DNA from: Gemmatimonas sp.
Lineage (GTDB): Bacteria; Gemmatimonadota; Gemmatimonadetes; Gemmatimonadales; Gemmatimonadaceae
Assembly (NCBI GenBank): GCA_031414535.1
Contig: JANNVQ010000012.1
Span: 1 to 22,633 of the forward strand
Reading direction: 5' to 3'
DNA: 22,633 nt
Shown here piece after piece: positions 1 through 9,570 of the stretch; the stretch's first letter is position 1; the number at the start of each line of letters is the position of its first letter. A program made the position numbers and the translations under genes. The notes below the pieces were generated by a model. That model had not been told where the DNA came from and did no database searches. It worked only from the letters and a program-made list of their open reading frames with translations.

Positions 1-158
1 ACCTTGCGCCATACGGGCTCGGGGCCCCAGTGGCTGTTCGGGCTTCCCGCGATCGGTTCGACGGCGCTCCCACTTCGTGTCGGGCTCACGCGCCCCGTGG
101 CACCTTGATCGAGCTGCCGCCGCCCCGAAGACTTACTACGAACACTAGGAGACATACA

Positions 159-281
159 AGGCACAGAGGCACGGAGACTGCGAGAGTTTTTCTTTTGGGG
201 ATTCGTGCCAATGCATTAGTGCAGGCCCCCAAGTTTTTCCTGTGGTTCTCCGAGCCTCCGCGCCTCCGTGGTGGAGCCGTT
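159..281. repeat. Octamer-armed imperfect hairpin repeat (REP/MITE-like), degenerate copy 1
   Basis: Left arm AGGCACAG-AGGCACGG-AG (159-176). Right arm CTCCGAGC-CTCCGCGC-CTCCGTGG-TGGAGCCGTT (248-281). Inner TTGGGG/CCCCAA arms around the palindrome AATGCATT (210-217). The reverse complement of the right end, AACGGCTCCACCACGGAG, matches AACGACTTCACCACGAAG at 17630. Confidence 0.7.
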
Positions 282-423
282 GCGGGTAATTCGCGCCGTA
301 TGAACAAGCCCTCGCTTCTGCGCGGAGTTCAGTCTCACGCGTCTGGTCACCCCGCCACCGGCTCGATGGGGATTCGTGCCGCGAGAGGGCACTTTTCGGC
401 CGACCAAGAGTAAAATTCTCTTC

Positions 424-1224
424 ATGCTCTGCCTGCGCTCCTTCCTGCGGCCGCTGTTCGCCGCCCTTTGCATCGCCACTATGGTCCCGGCTGCGCTCGC
501 TGCGCAGGCTGGAACAGTGCGCGGCCAAGTGACGGACTCCGCTGGCGCGCCCATGCGCGGTGTCGAAGTGCTTGTGCTCAAGCAGGACCGCTCCGTACGC
601 ACGGACGCCGAAGGCCGATTCTTGCTACGCGGACTGCCTTGGGGCCAAGCCGTCCTCATGGCACGCAGCCCCGGCTGGAAGCCGCAAGATCAAGTCGTGC
701 TGCTCGGTGACACCGGCGCGGATCGCGAAGTGCGCTTCTCGCTCAGCCGCGCGGTACAGGTCATTGATACCGCACGAATCGTCTCTCAAGACGGTTGCGC
801 CGCGTTTCGCTACGATGGCTTCGAATGCCGACGCCGCGCTGGCATCGGTCAGTTCCGTGGAGTGGATGAACTCGAAGCGCTGCGCCCGGAGTATTGGGCG
901 GACATGTTCGAGGGCATGAATGGCCTACGCAAAGAGCCTTGGCGCGACCAACAGCGTGGCCGTCTGGACTGGACCGTGGCCTCCACCACGGGTTGGCGCT
1001 GCCTGATGGAAGGATTCAACGGGCGGCATCGCACGGCTCGCGAAGAAATCATCTACCAGAATCAGATTCATTCCATCGAGTACTTCGATGTGTACGAGCG
1101 CGTGCCCGAGGCCTACAAGCGCCTTGCGTGGCCCTCGGGTCAGGCGCAACCCTGCGCCCTCGTGATGTACTGGACCAAGGATTTTGTCGCGGAGAACGGC
1201 GGGTCTTCAGCGCGGCGCCCGTAG
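424..1224 (+). CDS. Exported carboxypeptidase-regulatory-like (CarboxypepD_reg) domain protein with a degenerate TonB-plug-like C-terminal domain
   Basis: Signal peptide ending ALAA-Q. The segment GTVRGQVTDSAGAPMRGVEV...RTDAEGRFLLRGLPWG...ARSPGW is typical of this domain. C-terminal GFECRRRAGIGQF / IHSIEYF / CALVMYWTK. ATG at 424 was chosen over the GTG at 376. Confidence 0.8.
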   Translation: MLCLRSFLRPLFAALCIATMVPAALAAQAGTVRGQVTDSAGAPMRGVEVLVLKQDRSVRTDAEGRFLLRGLPWGQAVLMARSPGWKPQDQVVLLGDTGADREVRFSLSRAVQVIDTARIVSQDGCAAFRYDGFECRRRAGIGQFRGVDELEALRPEYWADMFEGMNGLRKEPWRDQQRGRLDWTVASTTGWRCLMEGFNGRHRTAREEIIYQNQIHSIEYFDVYERVPEAYKRLAWPSGQAQPCALVMYWTKDFVAENGGSSARRP

Positions 1225-1253
1225 CTCTCGCTCGCAACAACTAGATTGAGCGC

Positions 1254-4200
1254 GTGACGCCACTCCTCGCGCTGCTCTTCGTCTTCTCCGGCGCTGCCGG
1301 ACTCATCTACGAATCGCTCTGGAGCCGCTACCTCGGGCTCCTTGTGGGCCACGGCGCATACGCCCAGGTTCTTGTCCTCGTCATCTTCCTCGGCGGCATG
1401 TCCGTTGGCGCTGCGCTGATTGCGCGCCGCTCCGCCGAGATTCGGAAGCCTTTGCTCTGGTATGCGGGCGTAGAAGCCGTTGTAGGCGTGCTCGGACTCG
1501 CGTTCCACGACGTGTTCGTGGCCACCAGCGGCTTCGCCTACGACACACTGTTCCCAGCGCTCGGTAACGGCAGCCTCGTCACCACCGCCAAGTGGACGAT
1601 TGCTGCGCTGCTGATTCTGCCGCAGTCCATACTGCTCGGCGCGACCTTCCCCTTGATGACGGCCGCCGTGCTGCGACTCACCGCGCCGGAACGGGCGGGA
1701 CGCATGCTCGGCCTCTTCTACTTTGCCAACTCCCTGGGTGCGGCGATTGGTGTGCTACTCGCAGGGTTCTGGCTGCTGGAGATGGCAGGGTTGCCGGGGA
1801 CGTTGGCGGTAGCGGCGATCGTGAACTTGGTTGTGGCACTGGTGGCGTTCGTTCTGGGACGGAAGACGGATGACGGACGCGAAGCGCAACCACGCGTGAA
1901 CGAGGAGTCCCTTCCCTCATCCGTCATCCGTCATCCGTCCTCTCTCTCTCGCCTGCTCCTCGCCGTGAGCTTCGCCAGCGCCGCCGCTTCCTTCCTCTAC
2001 GAGATTGCGTGGATTCGCATGCTCTCCCTCGTGCTCGGGAGCGCGACGCATGCGTTTGAGTTGATGCTCTCGGCGTTCATCCTTGGGCTCGCGATCGGTG
2101 CTCTCATCATCAGGCGCAGCGCAGACGATGGTGGCGATCCAATATGGAAGCTGGGATTGGTGCAGGTGGCCATGGGCACCGCCGCAATCGTCACGCTCAG
2201 CCTGTACGTGGATGCCTTTGGCTGGATGGCCGCGCTGATGCAGACGGTACAGCGTAATGCCTCGGGCTATACAGCCTTCCATGCCGGACGTTACGCGCTG
2301 GCGATGAGCATCATGCTGCCCGCCACCGTCTGCGCTGGCATGACCTTGCCGCTCATCACGCGGGCACTCCTGAGCGCCGGCCGTGGTGAGCGGGCAATCG
2401 GCACCGTGTACGCTTGGAACACGCTGGGGTCCATCGTCGGCGCGGCTACCGCGGGGCTCATGTTGCTGCCCGCCATCGGTGTACGCGGCACGCTCATCCT
2501 CGGCGGCACGCTTGATCTGCTGATTGGCTGCTGGTTGCTCTGGTCTTCGGCGCGACTGCGGGTTGGCGGCGTTCGTACCGCACAGCTCACCACAGCTGCG
2601 GCCGCCGCCGTGGTGATTGTCTCCGCGCTCAGTCAGGGGTTTGATCCGTCAGTGCTGTCCAGCGGAGTATTCCGCTATGGCAATGTGCCGCAGCCGGGCA
2701 CACGCAACATCCTCTTTTACAAGGATGGGCGCACGGCCAGCGTGAGCGTGCAGATGGGCAGCGACAGCGGCTTCACCATCGCCACCAACGGGAAGCCCGA
2801 TGCTTCACTACACCGCACATGGTTTGAGGACCCGCCGGCTGACCCGCTACGTCCCGCGCTAGCCACTGACAATGCCACGCAGGCACTGTTGGCGCTCATC
2901 ACGCTCGCGCACGCACCGGCTGCGCGCGAAGCGGCGGTGATTGGCTTTGGTGCCGGCATGACCACGCACTTCTTGCTCGGCAGCGAAGAGATGGAGCGCG
3001 TAACCACCATCGAGATTGAGCCGGAGATGGTGAACGCCGCGAGACTGCTGAAGCCGGCCAACATCCGCGCATTTGATGATCGGCGCGCGGTGATTGTAGA
3101 GGACGACGCGCGAGCGTTCTTCGCCACGGCCAATCGACAGTTCGATGTGATTGTGTCTGAACCGTCCAACCCTTGGGTCAGTGGCGTGTCGGCGCTGTTC
3201 ACCGAGGAGTTCTATGCACGGGCATCCAAGCAGCTCGCGCCAGGCGGCGTGTTCGGCCAATGGTTGCATCTGTACGAGATTGAGGACGCGCTCGTGCTGG
3301 GCATCCTGAAGGCACTGTCCACACAGTTCCGCTCGTACGAGTTGTATCTCACCAACGATGTGGACGTGTTGGTCGTGGCATCCAACGCGGACTCCTTGCC
3401 CACGCCAGACTGGCGGGTGTTCCGCTCGCCCGACATTGCACTCGATCTCGCGCGATTCCGTCCGATTCCAGATGCCGCACTTGCCGCATCGCATTTGGTG
3501 GGGCATCGGGAATTGAGAGCGGTACTCGCCGCAGACTCAGCGACGAACTCCGATTTCTATCCACAGCTTGATTTGCGCGCCGAGCGTGCGCGCTTCTTTG
3601 GTGTCGTCGCCAGTGCGTTCTCCGAGATGCAGGCGGACCGCTTCGTGCTAGCGGACGCAATCGCCGAGCGCCGCGTGGAACAGCTAGGAGTGCCGCAAGC
3701 GCCGCTCGCGCACGCTCGGTTTGAGGCTCAGGCAGTGAGCGTGCTCGTGCGCAACGGCGTTGCCGCCGCGGCGGGTGAGGGAAGCCTTCCCGTGCGTGCG
3801 GCGCGGCTGCGTGTTCAGCGCTTAGCGCTGGAGCTGCGTTCGGGTCGCGCGCCTGTGGACTGGCCGCTGTGGTTTGCTGAGCTACTCCAGGTGGAGCGCG
3901 ACCTGCATCAGGGGACGATGGGGCGCGTGGACGGCGCGTGGTACGCAGATGTGGAACGGTATATGATCGCAAGCAACGCACCCGCTGGTGCCGTGTCGGC
4001 TTGGCGCTTTTTGCGAGCCGCAGTGACCTACGACTGGCCGGTGGCCGCAGCAGAAGTTCCGCGGCAGCTCGCCGAGCGCGATCGCGGAGCGGCGTGGCTC
4101 GCGCCGGAGTTGCTGTTGGATGCCGCGGTACTCGCACGTCTCCGCACCGGAGACCTCACCGGTGCGAAGGCGGCGTTTGCCCGCTTGAGCGACGCGGCTG

Positions 4201-4256
4201 GGCGTTCTCCCGACGACGTGCGGACGCGAATGCTTGAAGTGCTAGTTGAGCCTTAG
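1254..4256 (+). CDS. Fused MFS/spermidine synthase-like membrane protein
   Basis: Two repeated multi-TM halves (FSGAAGLIYESLWSRYLGL; ASAAASFLYEIAWIRMLSL) with ANSLGA/WNTLGS motifs. These are followed by a SAM-fold domain (NGKPDAS, IGFGAG, EIEPEM, DDAR, FDVIVSEPSNPW, LAPGGVFGQW) and a helical C-terminal extension. GTG start. Confidence 0.9.
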   Translation: MTPLLALLFVFSGAAGLIYESLWSRYLGLLVGHGAYAQVLVLVIFLGGMSVGAALIARRSAEIRKPLLWYAGVEAVVGVLGLAFHDVFVATSGFAYDTLFPALGNGSLVTTAKWTIAALLILPQSILLGATFPLMTAAVLRLTAPERAGRMLGLFYFANSLGAAIGVLLAGFWLLEMAGLPGTLAVAAIVNLVVALVAFVLGRKTDDGREAQPRVNEESLPSSVIRHPSSLSRLLLAVSFASAAASFLYEIAWIRMLSLVLGSATHAFELMLSAFILGLAIGALIIRRSADDGGDPIWKLGLVQVAMGTAAIVTLSLYVDAFGWMAALMQTVQRNASGYTAFHAGRYALAMSIMLPATVCAGMTLPLITRALLSAGRGERAIGTVYAWNTLGSIVGAATAGLMLLPAIGVRGTLILGGTLDLLIGCWLLWSSARLRVGGVRTAQLTTAAAAAVVIVSALSQGFDPSVLSSGVFRYGNVPQPGTRNILFYKDGRTASVSVQMGSDSGFTIATNGKPDASLHRTWFEDPPADPLRPALATDNATQALLALITLAHAPAAREAAVIGFGAGMTTHFLLGSEEMERVTTIEIEPEMVNAARLLKPANIRAFDDRRAVIVEDDARAFFATANRQFDVIVSEPSNPWVSGVSALFTEEFYARASKQLAPGGVFGQWLHLYEIEDALVLGILKALSTQFRSYELYLTNDVDVLVVASNADSLPTPDWRVFRSPDIALDLARFRPIPDAALAASHLVGHRELRAVLAADSATNSDFYPQLDLRAERARFFGVVASAFSEMQADRFVLADAIAERRVEQLGVPQAPLAHARFEAQAVSVLVRNGVAAAAGEGSLPVRAARLRVQRLALELRSGRAPVDWPLWFAELLQVERDLHQGTMGRVDGAWYADVERYMIASNAPAGAVSAWRFLRAAVTYDWPVAAAEVPRQLAERDRGAAWLAPELLLDAAVLARLRTGDLTGAKAAFARLSDAAGRSPDDVRTRMLEVLVEP
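1858..1939. repeat. Inverted heptamer tandem arrays inside a CDS
   Basis: GACGGAA-GACGGAT-GACGGAC (1858-1878) faces TTCCCTC-ATCCGTC-ATCCGTC-ATCCGTC (1912-1939). Confidence 0.85.
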
Positions 4257-7057
4257 GGCCGTGTGGGCAGTGGAGTCGGTGGCTTGTTCTTGAAGTCGCC
4301 AGCCTTCACGGTGGAGATACGCGAGAGACTGACGTGCCGACGAATCGCGGCATTCACATCGTTTACGGTGAGTGCCCGCATGCGCGCCTCAAGGCGCGCA
4401 TCAAATGCCATCGTACGTCCGGTGATGTACTGGTTGGAGAGCATCGCCGCGACCTGTCCATCGTTGGCGCGGGCCTGCATCCGCTGTTGCAACCAGGCAT
4501 TGCGTGCCGCCTCAAGTTCCTCGGCCGTGACACCATCCGTGATCCAGCGGCTCACTTCCTCACCGAACGCACTCTCGAGGCGCAGCACGTTCTCCGGCGC
4601 GTAGATGGCGTTGGCTTGGAACACGCCGACGGAATCCAGTGACTGTGCTCCGATGTTGGAGCCCACGCCGTAGCTGAGGCCATCCCTTTGACGGATGCGG
4701 ACCATCAGCCGCGAGTTGAGCACGCCTTGGCCGAGGATGAAGTTACCGATGAGTAGCGCGGGGTAGTCGGGAGAATCATCGCGCAGCTTCAGGTTCTGAC
4801 CGGCGAAGAAAAACGCATTCGCTTTGTCGGGCGTCTCGATGCTCACGTTGAACGGCGCGACATCGAAGAACTGCCGCTCGAGCCGAGCGAACGGACGCGG
4901 CGAGTTCCATGAGGCGAACTGTTCGCGCGCAAAGGTCTCAACTGCCGCGCGATCGAAGTCACCGACCACGGCGAGGTCGCCGTGCGATGCGCCGACGAGC
5001 TCCGTGTACACCGCGCGCACCTGCGCCAGCGTCAGGCCCTGCAGTTGGGCGATCTCTTCGTCAATGGTGTTTGTCGCGAGCGGGTGTCCCTTCGGGTACG
5101 GCGACATCCGCCGCTGGAACTCTGTGACCGCGAGCGTTGTGGGCTCCGACTTCTGGGACTCGATGCCGGCAATCTGCTGCCGCTTGAACTCTTCAAACTC
5201 CGACGCTGGGAAGGCTGGCGTCTTGAAGATCTCGGCCACCAATCTTAGCGCAGGGAGGAGGTTGTCCCGGGTGGTCGTGACATTGGCGACGACGTTGTTC
5301 CCCGCGCCGCCGATGCTGACGTTGGCCCGGAGACGGTCGAATTCCTCGCGGATCTGCTGCCGGGTCCGCGTCTGCGTCCCCTTGTCGAGCATCGCACTCA
5401 TCGCCTGCGCCGCGGTGCTGCGATTGGTCAGCGACCGCACGTCACCGAAGCGTAGGGTAATGCGCGCCGAGACTTGGTTGCCGCGGGTCGTCTTGGGGAG
5501 GAGCGTCGTCACAAAGCCGTTTGGCAACTTCGCCCGCACGGTGCGTGCGTCAATATTCTCAGGCGAGGGATCAAATGCTTCGCCGGCCGCCATCGCGACA
5601 CGACCGCGATACGCTCGGGCCACCGAATCCACGCTGGCCTCAGCGACCACCGGCACCGTCACGCGGTTCGGCGACTCGGTAGGCACGAAGCGGCCAATCG
5701 TGCGGTTGTCCGGCTTGAAGTACGTGGTCGCAACGCGTTGCACGTCAGCGACCGTCACGCGCTCGGTGCGGTCGCGATGGATGAACAGCAGGCGCCAGTC
5801 ACCCATCGAGGCCCACTCGGAGAGGTCGAGCGCGATGTTCTGCGACGAGTTCATGGAGAGTTCGATCTGCCGCGACAGCGCGGCCTTGGCCTGCGTGACT
5901 TCCGCTTCCGTCACCGCGTTTGCGGCGAAGCCCTCGACGACGCTGAGCATCACGCGACGCGCCGAGTCGAGCGACTGTTCCTTGCGCAGCAACGCGATGG
6001 CCATCAGCAGGCCCGGCTCGCGCAGTTGGTAGGTAAAGCCGCCCGTCTGCGCGACGAGGCCCGGCTGCACGAGGGCGGTGTGCAAGCGACCGCCCGGCGT
6101 ACGGTTCAGCACCTCGGCGAGGACGTAGAGCGCCGCGAAGTCCGGATGCGTACCCGCCGGCACTTTGTATGCCGCAAGCACGACCTGCTGGTCGCCCACG
6201 CGACGTACCGTGACCTCGCGCTCGCCGTCCTGGTCCGGATCGCGCGTGTAGGTGGGGTAGAGCAAGTTGCCGCGCTCGAGCGAGCGCTCGGGGCGTGGGA
6301 TTGTCCCGAACTTTGCGGCAATCAATTGCAGCGCCTTGGCCTCGTCGAACTTGCCGGCCACGACGAGGATTGCGTTGTCGGGCTGATAGTAGCGGCGATA
6401 GAACGCCTGCAGGCGTGTAATCGGCACGTTCTCGATATCCGCGCGCGCGCCGATGGTGCTCTTGCCGTAGTTGTGCCAGTCGAACGCCGCCGACATCGTG
6501 CGCTGCAGAGTCACGTTGACGGGGTTGTTCTCCCCAGACTCAAACTCGTTGCGCACCACGGTGAATTCGCTCTCCAAGTCCTTCTGCGCGATGAAGGAGT
6601 TCACCATACGGTCGGCCTCGAGGTCGAACGCCCACTCGAGATTGGCGTCCGTGGCCGGCATTGTCTCGAAGTAGTTGGTGCGGTCGTACCACGTGGTGCC
6701 GTTGGGGTTGGTGCCGCGCTCCGTGAGCTCCTGCGGGATGTTGGGGTGCTTGGGCGTGCCCTTGAACACCAAGTGTTCGAGCAGGTGCGCCATGCCCGTC
6801 TCGCCGTAACCCTCGTGACGCGAACCCACGAGGTAGGTGATGTTCACCGTCACAGTTGGCTTGGACTGGTCGGGGAAGAGCAACACCTTCATGCCATTCG
6901 CGAGGGAGTACTCGGTGATGCCTTCCACGCTGGCGCCGCGAGTGATGCCGGCAGGGAGCGCAACTTGGGGCGAAGCGGCCGAGGGTGCCTGTTGCGCGAC
7001 AAGCGAGCTGGCGCCGAGTGAGATGGCCGTGAGCAGGGCAAGCGAGAGCGACTTCAT
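4253..7057 (-). CDS. M16 family zinc metalloprotease (pitrilysin/PqqL-like), exported
   Basis: Inverted zincin motif HLLEH in GETGMAHLLEHLVFKGT, then NGTTWYDRTNYF and FYRRYYQPDNAILVVAG. The second half contains IRQRDGLSYGV. Signal peptide MKSLSLALL...LVA-Q, with GAGG upstream (GTG 7060 is also possible). The stop codon overlaps that of the convergent gene. Confidence 0.93.
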   Translation of the reverse strand: MKSLSLALLTAISLGASSLVAQQAPSAASPQVALPAGITRGASVEGITEYSLANGMKVLLFPDQSKPTVTVNITYLVGSRHEGYGETGMAHLLEHLVFKGTPKHPNIPQELTERGTNPNGTTWYDRTNYFETMPATDANLEWAFDLEADRMVNSFIAQKDLESEFTVVRNEFESGENNPVNVTLQRTMSAAFDWHNYGKSTIGARADIENVPITRLQAFYRRYYQPDNAILVVAGKFDEAKALQLIAAKFGTIPRPERSLERGNLLYPTYTRDPDQDGEREVTVRRVGDQQVVLAAYKVPAGTHPDFAALYVLAEVLNRTPGGRLHTALVQPGLVAQTGGFTYQLREPGLLMAIALLRKEQSLDSARRVMLSVVEGFAANAVTEAEVTQAKAALSRQIELSMNSSQNIALDLSEWASMGDWRLLFIHRDRTERVTVADVQRVATTYFKPDNRTIGRFVPTESPNRVTVPVVAEASVDSVARAYRGRVAMAAGEAFDPSPENIDARTVRAKLPNGFVTTLLPKTTRGNQVSARITLRFGDVRSLTNRSTAAQAMSAMLDKGTQTRTRQQIREEFDRLRANVSIGGAGNNVVANVTTTRDNLLPALRLVAEIFKTPAFPASEFEEFKRQQIAGIESQKSEPTTLAVTEFQRRMSPYPKGHPLATNTIDEEIAQLQGLTLAQVRAVYTELVGASHGDLAVVGDFDRAAVETFAREQFASWNSPRPFARLERQFFDVAPFNVSIETPDKANAFFFAGQNLKLRDDSPDYPALLIGNFILGQGVLNSRLMVRIRQRDGLSYGVGSNIGAQSLDSVGVFQANAIYAPENVLRLESAFGEEVSRWITDGVTAEELEAARNAWLQQRMQARANDGQVAAMLSNQYITGRTMAFDARLEARMRALTVNDVNAAIRRHVSLSRISTVKAGDFKNKPPTPLPTRP

Positions 7058-7205
7058 CACAATCCTCTGGTGTATGGGTCGGAGAGGCCGACGATGGCAA
7101 AAAGTTCGCCTCTGTGCCCCGATGACGCCAGCAAGCGGCCTAGGCGCATGGGTGCGAGCGGGACAGAGTCCGAAACATTCCCCGGTCGCTCTGCCTTTAT
7201 CCCTC

Positions 7206-9506
7206 ATGCGTCGCGTCTTGATTAGCTGCTTCTTGCTTCTGCCTTTGCTCCCCCGCTATTCGACCGCGCAGAGCACCGGAACCGTCTCCGGTTCCGTGAC
7301 CGTAACGGGCACTGAGCAGCCGATTGTCGGCGCTCAGGTGGCCGTTGAAGGCGCCAACCAGCGCGCCGTGACGGACGACCGTGGCCGTTTTGTGCTACTG
7401 GGCGTGGCTCCGGGCGTGTGGCGCCTGCAGGTTCGCGCGATTGGCTTTCGTCCAATCATCATTCCTGATGTCGTGGTGGGCAGCGGCAAGCCCACCACCC
7501 TCGCCGTACGCCTGCAACCCGCCGCAACGGATGTCGCCGCCGTCGAGGTGAAGGCCGCGTACTTCACGCCCGCCGTTGAAGGCACGACATCAACGCAAAC
7601 GCTAAACGCCGAAGCCATCCGCCGCGCCCCGGGCGTGCAAGAAGACGTTGTGCGCGCCGTCGCTCTGCTACCCGGAGTCGGCGTCACGCAGCCCGGCCGC
7701 AATGATCTTGTAGTGCGCGGTGGCGCGCCGTTTGAGAATCTCTTTCTCGTGGATGGCATCGAAGTTCCCAACATCAATCACTTCGGCACGCAGGGCTCCA
7801 CCGGCGGCCCGCTCTCGCTCATCAACGTTGACGCCGTGGAGCAGGCCTCGTTCTCGGCGGGCGGCTTCGCTGCTAAGTACGGCGATCGCACTGCATCCGT
7901 CACCAGCATTTCGCTGCGTGAGGGGAACCGCACACAGTTCGGCGGCGAGTTCACGCTCTCAGCCACGGGTGGCTTTGCGGTGGCGGAAGGCCCGTTGGGC
8001 GAGCGCGGCTCTCTCTATATAAGTGCGCGCCGTTCCTACCTAGACTTTCTGTTCAAGGCAGCGGGCTTCGGCTTTGTGCCCGCCTACAGCGACCTGCAGG
8101 TGAAGGCGGTGCGCGACATCGGCACGCGTGACAAGCTCTCTTTCCTGTTTATCGGAGCGGACGGCACGATCACGTTCTTCAATGACGATGCCGACAAGCG
8201 CTACGACAACTCGCGCGTCGCGGCGCCCACGCAGCAGCAGTACTTCAGCGGCATCACGTGGCGGCGTCTAGTGCCACGCGGAATTTTTGACCTCACGCTC
8301 GGACGCACCTGGACGCAGTTCCAGACCGTTCAGAACGATTCACTCGAACCACCAAACACCATCTTCCGCGCCTTCAGCACCGAAGGCGAGCAGTCGCTGC
8401 GTGCCGATCTTACGCTACAGGCGACGTCGCACGTGGAGGTCAATGTCGGTGCCGTGGCGCGCTACGCGAGTGACCTGCGCTACGACCTCTTGTTGCCAGG
8501 CAACCTGCGCGCGGATGCGATTGGCACACCGCGACCGCTGAGCCTGGATACGAACTTCACGGCGGACCGCCAAGCCGTCTACTCGCAGGTCGCGTGGCAG
8601 GCGACGCCCAAGCTGCGCACCACACTTGGCCTTCGCGCCGATCGCTACGGATTCCTCGACGGCGCCGCACGCAGCTCACCGCGATTGGGCGCACGCTACT
8701 CGCTGACCGAGCGCAGCGCACTCACGGCCAGCGCCGGCCGCTACTGGCAAACGCCGTCGTTCATCTGGTTGGTGGGCGATCCAACGAATGCGTCGCTCAA
8801 GCCCTTCCGCGCGGATCAAGCAGTGCTCGGCGTGGAACACCTGCTGCGCGAGGACGTGAAGCTGCAGTTTGAGGTCTACGCCAAGGGGTACTCGCAGTAT
8901 CCGCGACGGTTGTTTCGTCCGCAGGCCGTGTTGAGTCCCAGCGGCTTTGATGACGTCACGAGTGACATCCCATTCGGGCTTGAGCCTCTCGCCGCAGTTG
9001 CGAAGGGTCGCTCCGTGGGCGCTGAGCTCTTCGTGCAAAAGCAACTGAGCGACATTCCGCTCTTCGGCCTCGCAAGCGTGAGCGTGGCTCGTACCACGTT
9101 CGATGGTGCCGATGGCGTTAGACGCGCTGGGACTTTCGACACACGCGCCATTGGCAACATCGTGCTTGGCTGGCGCCCCAGTCCCAAGTGGGAGCTCTCG
9201 GGCAAGTTCCGCATCGCGAGCGGACTGCCCACCACACCATTCGTGACCACTGGACCTGACGCAGGGCAGCAGGAGTTCACGCAATGGAACGAAGGCGAGC
9301 GCCTGCCACTGTTTCATTCACTCGATGTCCGCGTGGACCGACGCTGGAGCCTGCGGCGTGTGCAGTTGGTGGGTTACTTCGACATCCAGAACGTGTACGG
9401 GCGCGAGAACGTCTCGGGACTCCAGTGGGATCCGCGCACGCAGACAGTGCTGCAGAACGCGTCACTCGGGTTCCTGCCCAGCATTGGATTCAGCATCGAG
9501 TTCTAG
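7206..9506 (+). CDS. TonB-dependent receptor with N-terminal CarboxypepD_reg domain
   Basis: Signal peptide, CarboxypepD_reg domain, plug motifs (LLPGV, LVVRGG..ENLFLVDGI, GGFAAKYGDR), amphipathic barrel strands and a terminal Phe (GFSIEF). ATG at 7206 avoids overlap with the M16 gene. Confidence 0.92.
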   Translation: MRRVLISCFLLLPLLPRYSTAQSTGTVSGSVTVTGTEQPIVGAQVAVEGANQRAVTDDRGRFVLLGVAPGVWRLQVRAIGFRPIIIPDVVVGSGKPTTLAVRLQPAATDVAAVEVKAAYFTPAVEGTTSTQTLNAEAIRRAPGVQEDVVRAVALLPGVGVTQPGRNDLVVRGGAPFENLFLVDGIEVPNINHFGTQGSTGGPLSLINVDAVEQASFSAGGFAAKYGDRTASVTSISLREGNRTQFGGEFTLSATGGFAVAEGPLGERGSLYISARRSYLDFLFKAAGFGFVPAYSDLQVKAVRDIGTRDKLSFLFIGADGTITFFNDDADKRYDNSRVAAPTQQQYFSGITWRRLVPRGIFDLTLGRTWTQFQTVQNDSLEPPNTIFRAFSTEGEQSLRADLTLQATSHVEVNVGAVARYASDLRYDLLLPGNLRADAIGTPRPLSLDTNFTADRQAVYSQVAWQATPKLRTTLGLRADRYGFLDGAARSSPRLGARYSLTERSALTASAGRYWQTPSFIWLVGDPTNASLKPFRADQAVLGVEHLLREDVKLQFEVYAKGYSQYPRRLFRPQAVLSPSGFDDVTSDIPFGLEPLAAVAKGRSVGAELFVQKQLSDIPLFGLASVSVARTTFDGADGVRRAGTFDTRAIGNIVLGWRPSPKWELSGKFRIASGLPTTPFVTTGPDAGQQEFTQWNEGERLPLFHSLDVRVDRRWSLRRVQLVGYFDIQNVYGRENVSGLQWDPRTQTVLQNASLGFLPSIGFSIEF

Positions 9507-9570
9507 CGCGAACGCAGTGGGGGTCTGGCGCGTACCTTTGTGCAGACCCCTCACCCCGGAGCACCATACT

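Noticed and set aside
1..148. Possible partial CDS at the left edge
   Set aside because: Several frames on both strands are open, but none shows a recognisable motif, so no frame can be chosen.
30..413. 127-aa ORF and overlapping short ORFs
   Set aside because: They run through the hairpin repeat and have no domain-like content.
4824..7021. Long plus-strand ORFs (402 and 515 aa)
   Set aside because: Antisense shadows of the M16 protease in GC-rich DNA.
6837..7207. N-terminal extensions of the receptor and M16 ORFs
   Set aside because: They overlap each other, and the signal peptides begin at 7206 and 7057.
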